Shown here: piece by piece, positions 50,807 through 60,990 of the stretch
Layout of the letters: each line of letters begins with the position of its first letter
How positions within the stretch are numbered: position 1 is the first letter of the stretch
Origin: Bdellovibrionales bacterium
GTDB lineage: Bacteria; Bdellovibrionota; Bdellovibrionia; Bdellovibrionales; UBA1609
Length of the DNA: 64,000 nt
Reading direction: 5' to 3'
Assembly: GCA_965261545.1 (NCBI GenBank)
Contig: CBDHDF010000010.1
Location: forward strand, 1,024,001 to 1,088,000
The notes under the pieces: model-generated
Seen by the model: only the letters and a program-made list of their open reading frames with translations
Told to the model about the DNA's origin: nothing
The model's database searches: none
Position numbers and translations under genes: made by a program

Positions 50807-52719
50807 CCCGAGTTTGACAGCAGCATCTGCGTCAAACGAATGATATTAAAGGATTAACGCATATAGTTGTATTTTGTTTATCCACACTTGTGGGCATTAA
50901 GGATTCTGGGAGGGATGGGGACGCCTGCGGCTTTAAATAAGGAGTTGGCATTGCCAGTGATATCTGTGCGGGTCCAAATGACTTGATCACGAATTTTAAC
51001 AGGGATAGCCCTAACTTCCTTGAGTTCCCTCATGGCCTCTACAACAGTTAAAGGTCGCTCTTTAACATGACCAATGCCTATGGCTGGGCTTTTTAGGTTC
51101 ATCTTCTTATCTCTTAAACATTTTGTAAGGTGGGCCTCACAAAGATAAGTTAAAAAGCATAGAGTTAAATGTCCAATAATCCTCTGGTCTGTCCAATGGA
51201 AAACAGGACGTGTTTTCAAAGTCCCTTTTAACTCACCAAAAGCATCTTCAATTTTCCACAATTCTTTGTAGTTGATAATAATCTCATCTGCCGTCAAGTC
51301 TTTGACATTTGTAAGGACGGCAAAAAAACCATCAATTTTTTCATCTAATTCTATTTGTTCTGCATTTAATTCAGGTTTTTTATTTTTGTCGTCAGCCATC
51401 TTTACATATTTCTTATAACCTTTATTGGAAACAAAAGTACTAGACTGAACACCTTTAGAAGATAGTTTTCCTTCGATCTTTTCAAGAAGGGATTCTCTAG
51501 ATTTTTTATCCCTCTCTGCTCTTTTCCTAGACCAAGTCACAATACATCTATGCCCCCCATGGTCTGTTTCGTAAACAGCAAGCTCATTCTCATATACCCA
51601 GCTAAAACGATTTAAATCATAGACCTCTTGTTTCTTTTCTTTTTTTAAAGATCCAAGCTTCATACCAACAATAAACTCGCTTTGATCCTCACTGAGTTTG
51701 TCAGTATTAGCCTTTGATAAAAGCCCCCTATCAGCCACAAAAATGAAACGGCGTACATTAAACTTTTTTCTCATTTTATCAACAATATCTGAAAGCGTCT
51801 TGCCTTCAAAAGTATTACCAGGGAAAACCTCAAAACCTAAAGGGATGCCATCCCGATTCACCAACAAACCAAAGACAACTTGGGTGCAGTCTGATCGTCT
51901 CTCTTTACTATAGCCAAATTGACGAAGTTTCCCTAAGTCTGTTCTTGTACTCTCGAAGCGTAAGGTTGTTAAATCATACAACACAATGTCTACTTGGAAA
52001 TTAAATAAATCTCGCCCCACCCAATAAAGCGAGTTCTCTATTTCATCCTTATGGGAGGCAAGTAAGTCCATAGACCGATAAATATGCTGGAGACTCAAAT
52101 CACCCTTAATCATGTCTGGGTAAAAAGATTTTTGCCAATACTCAAAAACCTTTAACTTGGAACTAGGAGCAATAAATCGGCTGGCAACTAAGGTAAAAAT
52201 CACCTTACATAAATCAAATTGAACTTTCTCATGAGAATCTTTTATGTCTTTGAGGGTCTTATTGATACCCAGTTGATCAAACAACTTTTGTAAAATCAGC
52301 AAGGGACCCAAAATGAAAGTCTCTTCGATGTAAAGCTCCTTAGCCAATTGACTCACAGTGAGAAGCTCTCGGTGGCGGGATACGGCCTGCGCCAAACTAT
52401 TAATCTTATCCTCTCCTCCTTCTCCAGCCTTACCTAAGGACATGAGCATGCGTTTTTTGGATTTGCCTTTTTCTCTGTAGGACTCCACAAGGTGGTAGTA
52501 GCACTGACCTTTTGAGTTTTTAGTCGTTTGGATGTACATGAGGATATTTTCTACATATTTCTATGATATATCAATATTTAAAACGATAAAATCCTATTTT
52601 GTTTTCTACACTTTTTTTGCGTCAATTTTAATTTTTCCAGCAGCTACCATTATATTTCAGTACAACCCCAATTTCTGGAAATTTCGCATTTTAACGCAGA
52701 TGCTGCTGTCAAACTCGGG
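50807..52719 (-). mobile_element. IS1634-family copy 4, intact (1913 bp)
   Basis: 26-bp IRs, full transposase, 40-bp DR. Confidence 0.97.
50878..52539 (-). CDS. IS1634-family transposase
   Basis: 553 aa; two residues differ from 32494-34155. Confidence 0.95.
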   Translation of the reverse strand: MYIQTTKNSKGQCYYHLVESYREKGKSKKRMLMSLGKAGEGGEDKINSLAQAVSRHRELLTVSQLAKELYIEETFILGPLLILQKLFDQLGINKTLKDIKDSHEKVQFDLCKVIFTLVASRFIAPSSKLKVFEYWQKSFYPDMIKGDLSLQHIYRSMDLLASHKDEIENSLYWVGRDLFNFQVDIVLYDLTTLRFESTRTDLGKLRQFGYSKERRSDCTQVVFGLLVNRDGIPLGFEVFPGNTFEGKTLSDIVDKMRKKFNVRRFIFVADRGLLSKANTDKLSEDQSEFIVGMKLGSLKKEKKQEVYDLNRFSWVYENELAVYETDHGGHRCIVTWSRKRAERDKKSRESLLEKIEGKLSSKGVQSSTFVSNKGYKKYVKMADDKNKKPELNAEQIELDEKIDGFFAVLTNVKDLTADEIIINYKELWKIEDAFGELKGTLKTRPVFHWTDQRIIGHLTLCFLTYLCEAHLTKCLRDKKMNLKSPAIGIGHVKERPLTVVEAMRELKEVRAIPVKIRDQVIWTRTDITGNANSLFKAAGVPIPPRILNAHKCG

Positions 52720-52730
52720 AGGTTTTTTAG

Positions 52731-53507
52731 CTAGCCTCGTCGTTGTTGCTTAAGTATTTGTGTCAATTCTTTAAATTTGGCTTCCATAAAATGCCTTGCT
52801 CCGCGTTTCTTGAAGTTAAGAATGATTTTATGAGCTTCTCTGTAGTGTCCTGCTTTGTAAAGCATGTCCACATACTTTTGGGTGACTGTGACTTGCATGG
52901 TTTCGGGTCTCGATTGAATGACATAGTTGAAATACTCTTTAGATTCATCTGTGCGTTCAAGGTTGCCAAGAACCTTTGCATATTCATAGGCGGCTTTTAA
53001 GCCTGTTCCCCCGTGTTGGAAGTAATTGCTGTAAGCTTGGGCAGCAAGTTTGATTTTCTTGTTGTTGACCAAGATGGCCCCATATTTTTCAAGAACCTCT
53101 AGGTTGGCGGAGTCATTGCGAAGAAGGTCCCCATGGACTTGTTCCACACATTGGGGCTTGTGACGCTTTGTGCAAATTTCTGCAATGCGATGCAAGTCTT
53201 TCGTACTAGCTATGCCTGCGAAATGTTTCACTTTGAGGGGGATAATTTCAAAAGAATAAAAACTCCAATTCACTGTTTGAATAAAACCACCAATCATCAG
53301 GATTGAAACAAGAGTCGCGACAAAGATAAATTGCTTCGTAGATTTGTGCTCCGTATCCTTGGCTGTTTGATTGTCTGACCAGCCGCAAGAATTACAGATA
53401 GTCACTTGTTGTTGAAGGCGGTCTTGAGAAATATCCGATTTGCATACCGGGCAGCTTCCAAAAATCATATCATTCTCCTTTTTTCCATGGCTAGATTTCT
53501 TGGTCAA
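52731..53507 (-). CDS. Zn-ribbon + TM + TPR-like protein
   Basis: CPVC...CNSC, one TM segment, TPR-like helices; the start may be the internal MIFGSC. Confidence 0.7.
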   Translation of the reverse strand: MTKKSSHGKKENDMIFGSCPVCKSDISQDRLQQQVTICNSCGWSDNQTAKDTEHKSTKQFIFVATLVSILMIGGFIQTVNWSFYSFEIIPLKVKHFAGIASTKDLHRIAEICTKRHKPQCVEQVHGDLLRNDSANLEVLEKYGAILVNNKKIKLAAQAYSNYFQHGGTGLKAAYEYAKVLGNLERTDESKEYFNYVIQSRPETMQVTVTQKYVDMLYKAGHYREAHKIILNFKKRGARHFMEAKFKELTQILKQQRRG

Positions 53508-53755
53508 ATTTTCATAGTCAAATCACTAGTCAAATCATAAACCACAAATCACAATTTACTTAATAGTAAAGCAAGTAGGATGCCTAAAAGTGGGATACTA
53601 AGTGCCTGAAATAACTTATACGCTACGCATCAAAAGTGTACAAGCTTTGGCATACTGTCCAAAAGTATGACAGACATTGGTTGGTCCTGAATTTGGGCTA
53701 ATGTGCGAGAGATATTGATTCAGGCTTGGAGCTGGGTGAATGAGTTGAGGTCGAG

Positions 53756-56317
53756 TTAATGGGTTATGAAATTTAGTATGCGTCCCACTTTGTAAATGGT
53801 TTTCACAACAGTTTTATCACCGATGGCCATTTGAACGCTTTTAAGGGATTTGGCCATGGTGGTGGCTTCGTCTTGGGAAGTGATTTCTGAAACTTCAATG
53901 GTTCCCCTCATCTTTCCGTTGACCTGTACCCCCATGGTCATGATTTCATTTCTGGCTAGGTTTTCGTTGTATTGAGGCCAAGGGGCCAGAGACACCAAGC
54001 CATTTCCACCCAGCCGGCTCCAAAGTTCCTCACTGATATGAGGGGCAAATGGCATGAGAAGTTGAACCAATACTTGAAGGACTTTTCGAGGTCGAGTTTT
54101 TTGCTTGTAAAGCTCGTTAACCAAAATCATCATGGCACTGATGGCCGTGTTAAAATTCATATCTTCAATGTCTTCCCCCACTTTTTTCACTGTTTTGTGA
54201 AGAAGTCTTTCTATGGGTTTTCCGAGTGAGGAATCATTGGAATTTTCAAGTTTGAAATTTTCAGGTGACGAATCATCGGTGATTCCCTTGCCTTCTTCGT
54301 CCACGCAAAGTCTCCAAACTCTTTCTAAGAAACGACGAATCCCCTCCATGCCCGATGTGTTCCAGGGTTTGTCTTTTTCAAATGGACCGAGAAAGCAAAT
54401 ATAGACCCTGGTGGTATCGGCCCCATATTTTTCTCGAATTTCATCGGGGTTGATAACATTGCCCCTTGATTTTGACATTCTTTGGCCATCGGGTCCGAGG
54501 ATAACGCCTTGATGGACAAGCCTTTGAAAGGGTTCATCACAGGTGGTAAGTCCTGCATCAAATAAGACTTTTTGCCAGAACCTTGCATAGAGAAGGTGGC
54601 CCACGGTGTGCTCAGCTCCTCCGACGTAAAGATCCACAGGCATCCAGTATTTTTGCTTTTCGAGTTCACAGAAAGTCTTGTCATTATTGGGATCTAGGTA
54701 GCGCAAGAAATACCATGATGAACCGGCGGATCCAGGCATGGTATCTGTGTCCCGGATTCCCCGTCCCGAAGCCCCTTGGTAGTTCACAAAATCGGGGACT
54801 TTTGCAAGGGGAGGGGCTCCATCTTCTGTGGGTTCGTAGTCGGCGACCTGTGGAAGGGTGACAGGCAACTCCTCGTCGGAGAGGGTGTGAAGTGTACCTT
54901 TTTCGGAGGGGGCTTGGTGTGTACCTTCTTCGGAAAGGGTGCGAGGTGTACTTTCTTCACCCAATTCCTTCAAATAAACCATGGGAAAGGGTTCTCCCCA
55001 ATAGCGTTGGCGACTGAAAAGCCAATCACGCAATTTGTACTGAATTTTTCTTTGCCCCAAACCTTTGGACTCTAAAAACTCTGTGACTTTGTCTATGGCC
55101 TCTGCTTTTTCAAGGTCGTTGAGAAAATCTGAGTGAACAAGCTTTCCATCCCCTTCAAAGGGAAGAGGCTCTTCGCTGAGGAGGACTCGACGAATGGGAA
55201 GGTCAAACTTGGTGGCAAATTCAAAGTCGCGGGTGTCGTGACCAGGCACGGCCATAATGGCTCCCGTGCCGTAGTCCATAAGGACATAGTCGGCAATCCA
55301 AATGGGAAGCTTTTCACCATTGACAGGGTTGATGACCCATCTCCCAGTAAAGACACCTGTTTTTTCGGTGTCCGCCTTTCGATTCACTTCACTTTTGCAA
55401 AGGGATTGTTGGACATATTTTTCCACAGCAGATTTTTGTTCTGTGGTGGTGATTTTGGCCACACAGGGATGTTCGGGGGCCACCACCATAAAGGTGCAAC
55501 CAAACAGGGTGTCGGGCCTTGTTGTGTAGACTTCAAGAGTTTCTTGAAGAGGCTTTTGGAGGATTTCTTGAAGCAATTTTTGTTCTTGATGGCCATGGAT
55601 GGCAAAGCGAACCACCATGCCCTCGCTGCGTCCAATCCAGTTGCGTTGACCTTCCTTTGTTTTTTCGGGCCAGTCGACTTTTTCTAAATCCTTAAGGAGT
55701 CTTTCAGCGTAGGCTGTGATTTTAAGCATCCACTGCTTCATGGGTTTCCGGATGACGGGGTGTCCGCCGCGCTCACTTTTTCCGTCGATCACTTCCTCGT
55801 TGGCGAGAACGGTTTTAAGGGCAGGGCACCAGTTGACCGGAACTTCCCTTTGGTAAGCGAGGTTTTTTTTGTAGAGTTTTTTAAATATGAATTGGGTCCA
55901 TTTGTAAAACTTTGGATCACAGGTGGAAATTTCGCGACTCCAGTCAAAGCTATAGCCAAAGGACTGAAGTTGCTTTCTAAAATTAACAATGGCATTTTTA
56001 GTGGTTTTTTCTGGGTGGACCCCCGTTTGAATGGCGTATTGTTCGGCAGGGAGACCAAAGGCATCGTATCCAAAGGGGTGGAGTACATTAAAGCCACGGG
56101 CTCTCTTATAACGAGCCACAATGTCTGTGGGAGTATAAGAAGCAAGGTGGCCCACATGAAGTCCAGCTCCAGAGGGATAGGGAAACATGTCGAGGGCATA
56201 GTACTTTGGCTGGTTCAAGTTGTCTTTGGCACGAAAGCAGTTTTTCTCACTCCAAGTTCTTTGCCAGTGCTCTTCTACTTTTAAATGATCGTATGTCTTT
56301 AAATGTTTGTAGGTCAT
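53756..56317 (-). CDS. leuS: Leucine--tRNA ligase
   Basis: MFPYPSGAGLHVGH, TTRPDT, SRQRYWG, RMSKSRGN. Confidence 0.98.
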   Translation of the reverse strand: MTYKHLKTYDHLKVEEHWQRTWSEKNCFRAKDNLNQPKYYALDMFPYPSGAGLHVGHLASYTPTDIVARYKRARGFNVLHPFGYDAFGLPAEQYAIQTGVHPEKTTKNAIVNFRKQLQSFGYSFDWSREISTCDPKFYKWTQFIFKKLYKKNLAYQREVPVNWCPALKTVLANEEVIDGKSERGGHPVIRKPMKQWMLKITAYAERLLKDLEKVDWPEKTKEGQRNWIGRSEGMVVRFAIHGHQEQKLLQEILQKPLQETLEVYTTRPDTLFGCTFMVVAPEHPCVAKITTTEQKSAVEKYVQQSLCKSEVNRKADTEKTGVFTGRWVINPVNGEKLPIWIADYVLMDYGTGAIMAVPGHDTRDFEFATKFDLPIRRVLLSEEPLPFEGDGKLVHSDFLNDLEKAEAIDKVTEFLESKGLGQRKIQYKLRDWLFSRQRYWGEPFPMVYLKELGEESTPRTLSEEGTHQAPSEKGTLHTLSDEELPVTLPQVADYEPTEDGAPPLAKVPDFVNYQGASGRGIRDTDTMPGSAGSSWYFLRYLDPNNDKTFCELEKQKYWMPVDLYVGGAEHTVGHLLYARFWQKVLFDAGLTTCDEPFQRLVHQGVILGPDGQRMSKSRGNVINPDEIREKYGADTTRVYICFLGPFEKDKPWNTSGMEGIRRFLERVWRLCVDEEGKGITDDSSPENFKLENSNDSSLGKPIERLLHKTVKKVGEDIEDMNFNTAISAMMILVNELYKQKTRPRKVLQVLVQLLMPFAPHISEELWSRLGGNGLVSLAPWPQYNENLARNEIMTMGVQVNGKMRGTIEVSEITSQDEATTMAKSLKSVQMAIGDKTVVKTIYKVGRILNFITH

Positions 56318-56373
56318 GTTTTATCTATATATTTGGAAGGTTGGTTTATTTACCTCGTCATGGTTTGTGACGA

Positions 56374-57909
56374 CTATGGTTCCAGGATTCCAGAAGTTGT
56401 TTCTTTCACAAAGTCTTTTGCCTTTTTATACTCCATGGAGTTGTAAAGCCCCTTGTCTTTGAGGTCTTGGATTCCCGGTTTGGTTTCAATGATTTTCATG
56501 GTTGAAAGATTGTAAATAGCATATTGATCCCCTGCTTTGGCTAAATAGAGAGCCCCGTCGAGTTTGTTCACCACCATGGAGGTATCAAGGTAGTAGAGGC
56601 CATCGGAGGAATTTAGCCATCCACCGGCATAAACGGGCTGTTGGATCAACGAGGTGACTTTATCAATCAGTGAAATCATTTGAATCATAATATCCAGGGA
56701 AAGGTTTTTTTTGTCCACAATGGTTTGTGCGACCTTAAAGGGAGCCACAGCGTAGCCCTTTGATATAGGTTGAAATGTTTTAGAATCAAAGGTAAATCCA
56801 TTGGGGTGGGTTTGAGCAATTTCGAGCAAAGCCATGGCTCGCAAAGGGATGGACTCTTGCTCGTGGTGGATGGGTTTTTGTTCGCTGAGAGTTGATTCTT
56901 GCTCGTGGTGGATGGATTTTTGTGTGTGGATTGTGGGTTGATTCTTTGTTGCTTCTTCTTTGTGGCTATTATTATGGAAAAGGTAAGGGTTTTCTTGAGA
57001 GTGGAGGTTCTCTTGTGGGTGTGTACAGCGGAGTTGGAAGACAGAAAGAAACACGAAAGCCAAGGTCATTAGAATATTGAGCCAAGATTTTTGATCCTTG
57101 GAGATTTTGTCTGGGGGAGTGAATAGACTTGTACGAAGACCTTGATCCGCACACTCACAACCTTTATGGAGAGTTGGTTTGGCACTTAAAATGTCTTGGG
57201 CCAATTCAAAGGCTTTGGCATTATTGTTTCTCATAACTTCGATGACTCCTTGTAGGTTCACATGGGGGAGATTGTCATCCCAACAATCATAGTCTGTGAC
57301 AAAACAACAGGGTAAATAACTTAGTCCTGCCTCTCTGGCAAGGGCAAACTCTGGATAGTGGGTCATGCCAATGATATCTGCCCCCTGAGTTCGGTAGAGG
57401 TGGGATTCTGCTTGGGTTGAAAAATAGGGTCCTTCAATACAGATATAAGTTTTGTGAAAATGGGATTGCCAGCTTTTTTGAGGGGTTATTTGAGAGAGCT
57501 GGTTCACCATGGAGGTGCAAATGGGGTGGGCGAGAGAAACATGGCCGACAACTCCCTGGCCACAAAAGCTATGGGGGCGGAGTCCCTTGGTGCGGTCTAT
57601 GTATTGGGTGGGGACCACCATGTCTCCGGGTTTGTAGTTGCGTTGGAGACTTCCAACGGCGGAGAATGAAAGAATAGCTTTGGCTCCATACTTTTTAAGA
57701 GCGTAAATGTTGGCTCTGTAGTTCACCTCACTGGGGAGTTTTTCGTGGTCACTTCCATGACGCGATAGAAATAAACAGGGCTGGGAGTTGACCTCCACCT
57801 GGCAGAGGCCACTGGATGTGGGTCCAAAAGGAGTCTCTACGTCTAAGTTGTCAATGACTTTAAAGCCATCAAATTTTTCAAATCCTGAACCTCCTATAAT
57901 GGCCCACAT
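56374..57909 (-). CDS. mtnP: MTA phosphorylase with a ~230-aa C-terminal fusion
   Basis: IIGGSG, TPFG, RHG, VNYRANI, EGP.FST.AES, IGMT, VTDYDCW; extra TM, linker and domain after aa 280. Confidence 0.9.
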   Translation of the reverse strand: MWAIIGGSGFEKFDGFKVIDNLDVETPFGPTSSGLCQVEVNSQPCLFLSRHGSDHEKLPSEVNYRANIYALKKYGAKAILSFSAVGSLQRNYKPGDMVVPTQYIDRTKGLRPHSFCGQGVVGHVSLAHPICTSMVNQLSQITPQKSWQSHFHKTYICIEGPYFSTQAESHLYRTQGADIIGMTHYPEFALAREAGLSYLPCCFVTDYDCWDDNLPHVNLQGVIEVMRNNNAKAFELAQDILSAKPTLHKGCECADQGLRTSLFTPPDKISKDQKSWLNILMTLAFVFLSVFQLRCTHPQENLHSQENPYLFHNNSHKEEATKNQPTIHTQKSIHHEQESTLSEQKPIHHEQESIPLRAMALLEIAQTHPNGFTFDSKTFQPISKGYAVAPFKVAQTIVDKKNLSLDIMIQMISLIDKVTSLIQQPVYAGGWLNSSDGLYYLDTSMVVNKLDGALYLAKAGDQYAIYNLSTMKIIETKPGIQDLKDKGLYNSMEYKKAKDFVKETTSGILEP

Positions 57910-57948
57910 GCTTTATTTCCTCCTTGTTTTAATAGTATAAAGAATCTT

Positions 57949-59067
57949 TTAAATTCCTTTTGATATCGTTTTGTCTTCATTGAGAATATTGTATTTTTTT
58001 TCGAGAATCTTAAATTCGATTTCCCAATTTTGAGGGGTGAGAACGCCTGTATTTAATATCCATCCCTGAACGAGATTTGAGGGTGTGACATCGAAAGCTG
58101 GGTTGTGCACTTGTATATGACCATGACCATTATGACTTTTTTGACTCCCGTAGCTTATGGATGAAACTTCCTTGGGGTCTCGTTCTTCGATGGGAATGTC
58201 TTTTCCTGTGGAGCATTGAAAGTCAATGGTGGTGTGTGGAGCCGCCATGTAAAAGGGAATTCTGTGGTAGTGACAACAAAGGGCTATGTTGTAGGTTCCC
58301 ACCTTATTGGCAAAGTCTCCATTTCTTGCAATGCGGTCGGCTCCCACCATGGTCAGGGAGATGCGGCCTTCTGCCATAAGGCTTGCTGACATATTGTCAC
58401 AAATCAGGGTGTAGGGAATGCCCTGTTTATCCAACTCCCATGTGGTCAAGCGTCCTCCCTGGAGAAGGGGGCGTGTCTCATTCACATAAACATGTATTTT
58501 CTTGCCTTGTTTGTGGGCCTGGGCAATAGCTCCTAGGGCTGTGCCCACACCTGTTGTGGCGAGCCCCCCTGTGTTGCAGTGGGTAAGAATGGAACTACCA
58601 TCGGGAATAAGGGCTGCGCCATTTTCAGCTATTTTTTGACAAAGTTCCATATCTTGGTGAAAGAGGCGAAGGGCTGTTTCTTCTATGGATTTGTGTGTGA
58701 AGTCTTTTTGGGCCATGGAGAGGATTTGTTCAATGGCGACCATAAGGTTTATTGCTGTGGGGCGAGCCGCTCGTAGCTCAAGGGCTGCTTTATGAAAATC
58801 CTCTATGAAACTTGTACTTGCATGGTAACTTCTCTTTGTATGACCTATGGTTTGAGCGAGGGAGAAAGCTGCGGCGACTCCAATGAGGGGGGCGCCTCGA
58901 ACTTTGAGGGTTCGAATCGCCCTTATCATATCTTTGTGGTTTTTAATTTCAATCCACTCTTCTCTTTTAGGGAGAATGGATTGGTCGAGGAGCAGAAGCT
59001 GTCCTTGGTGGTAGCGGAGAGACATGGATTCAATGGGGGTGGTGGATTTCATGGCAGAATTTGTCAT
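57949..59067 (-). CDS. mtnA: Methylthioribose-1-phosphate isomerase
   Basis: VRGAPLIG, RPTAINL, THCNTGGLAT, ETRPLLQG, NKVGTY, NPAFDVTP. Confidence 0.96.
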   Translation of the reverse strand: MTNSAMKSTTPIESMSLRYHQGQLLLLDQSILPKREEWIEIKNHKDMIRAIRTLKVRGAPLIGVAAAFSLAQTIGHTKRSYHASTSFIEDFHKAALELRAARPTAINLMVAIEQILSMAQKDFTHKSIEETALRLFHQDMELCQKIAENGAALIPDGSSILTHCNTGGLATTGVGTALGAIAQAHKQGKKIHVYVNETRPLLQGGRLTTWELDKQGIPYTLICDNMSASLMAEGRISLTMVGADRIARNGDFANKVGTYNIALCCHYHRIPFYMAAPHTTIDFQCSTGKDIPIEERDPKEVSSISYGSQKSHNGHGHIQVHNPAFDVTPSNLVQGWILNTGVLTPQNWEIEFKILEKKYNILNEDKTISKGI

Positions 59068-59093
59068 AGTGTTGTTCTTTGGCTATGGCATGG

Positions 59094-59777
59094 CTATAAG
59101 GTTCGATTTCCCATTTGTTGGCGCATGCGTTTTAGGTCTTGCAACTCTTCATCAGGGAGGTGAGTGAGGCCGCCTAGGGTTTGAGCGAGGTGAAGGATAT
59201 GTGCGGCATGCTCCATGCGCTCCATTCCCATATGGGCTTCTTCCAAGCTCTCACCCCAACTGAGACCTCCGTGGCGAGCCAGTATCATCACTCTAGACTG
59301 GGGGAGATAGGGGCGAAGGGCTTTTCCCATATCTTGGGTCGCGGGGCGAGCGTAGGGCACAATAGGGATGCCGCCCGTGGCTAAAATCACTTCAGGCAAG
59401 GCTTCACAGGGAAGCTCCGTCCACTCGGGCCTTGCAATGGACCAGGCAATGCAATGGGGAGGGTGAGCGTGAATCACTGAGTGAGCTAAGGGGCATTCTT
59501 TGTAAATAGCAAGATGCATAAGTCTTTCACTGGAGGGTTCGCCTGAGATCACGTCATTGTTGAGAGTGATCATAGATATGTCGTTAGGGTCTATTAAAGC
59601 TTTGGGTTTGCTCGATGGAGTGATAAGAACTACTTCTTCACTCAAGCGATAACTAACATTACCATCTCCTGCCGCCAGCATATTTCGTTGGTGGAGATAT
59701 CCACAGATTTCCACCATTTTCAATCTGATGAGGGTCTCAACACTTCCTGTCTCTTCAAAAGGTTCTATATTTCTCAT
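59094..59777 (-). CDS. Class II aldolase/adducin family protein (FucA/Ald2-like)
   Basis: GNVS, ITPS, PSSERLMH, HAHP, LARHG. Confidence 0.88.
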   Translation of the reverse strand: MRNIEPFEETGSVETLIRLKMVEICGYLHQRNMLAAGDGNVSYRLSEEVVLITPSSKPKALIDPNDISMITLNNDVISGEPSSERLMHLAIYKECPLAHSVIHAHPPHCIAWSIARPEWTELPCEALPEVILATGGIPIVPYARPATQDMGKALRPYLPQSRVMILARHGGLSWGESLEEAHMGMERMEHAAHILHLAQTLGGLTHLPDEELQDLKRMRQQMGNRTL

Positions 59778-59843
59778 ATTTTTCTATTTCTCATATTTTA
59801 TCATGACGCTATCATGGCGTTTTTTTAAAATTGGACTTTCTTG

Positions 59844-60383
59844 TTAAAATTGACTTCCTTGGCTCCACATAAATTCGGAAAGGGATTTGTATTGGTTAAG
59901 TTTTAAAGGAGTTTCAAAGTCTTTGATATCTTCAAGCAGTTTTTGCTTTTTGGGGTTGCTGTTAGCTAGGGATATAGTTTGCATGAATTCAAAGAACTTT
60001 TCCCGTATTTCTTTATCAATGAGGTGTTCCATGAGGCAAGCCCCCTCTTTGGCTTTTTCTTCTTGGACATTGAGGAAGTCTTTAAAAAATGAGTAGAGGA
60101 GAACGCGACTTGTGAGTATGTGGTGAACTTCCTCGTGACCCCTTTCTGATAAAGTGAGAAACTTGCTGTTTTCTTCCTCTTGAACAAGCCCTTTGTCCTT
60201 GAGACTATTGACAGCTATGGAGACGGAGCCTTTGGTGACTTGAAGTTCTTTGGAAATATCTGTCACTCGTGCATAGCCTTTGCTCTCTTTGAGGTGGTGG
60301 ATGACAAGTATATAGTGAGCCATGGAGTGGCTTAACCTATGCTTTTGCTCTTTGGTTGGGGGGCGGCTAAGTGGCAAAGACAA
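59844..60383 (-). CDS. DtxR/MntR-family metal-dependent regulator
   Basis: SMAHY, ARVTDI, VTKGSVS, ACLMEH. Confidence 0.88.
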   Translation of the reverse strand: MSLPLSRPPTKEQKHRLSHSMAHYILVIHHLKESKGYARVTDISKELQVTKGSVSIAVNSLKDKGLVQEEENSKFLTLSERGHEEVHHILTSRVLLYSFFKDFLNVQEEKAKEGACLMEHLIDKEIREKFFEFMQTISLANSNPKKQKLLEDIKDFETPLKLNQYKSLSEFMWSQGSQF

Positions 60384-60729
60384 GAGGCTCCTGTTTCCTG
60401 CTTAAAGGCATCATAAGGCTATCATATTAATATTTAGAGACATCTAGAGACATCAGATGAGGGACACCCAAAGATAATTCAATTTAATGAATGTCTCAAT
60501 AAATGTAATGTCAATGAATGCAGGTGATGAAAAGTAATCACACCTTGCAGTACATTAAGACTTTTTTGAAGTCACTTACAAATAAAAACGCGTCGCATTG
60601 TTTTTGTAGGAGGTGTAGAAAGTTAAGAATTTGACTTTGGTCTTAAGCCCGTCTAGTCTCATGGACCATGGAATCATTGCACTTAATATTCTTGTGTGCT
60701 TCTTAATCTTGATTCTTGATTTAGGGTGT

Positions 60730-60806
<77 letters not shown>

Positions 60807-60990
60807 TTTCTTCAGTTGAACAATCAGTCGAGAAAAAAAACAGTCAAAAAGTAAAGATGCTCTGCAGAGATTTTCCTTAAAAGGCCTCCCCTTTGGTCTC
60901 AAAGCTTTCTTCTTCATTGCCTTGGAGCACAACACTAAGGATAATTTTGTCTATGAACTATGATCGAACCCTTTAAAAGGAGGAATTTGC

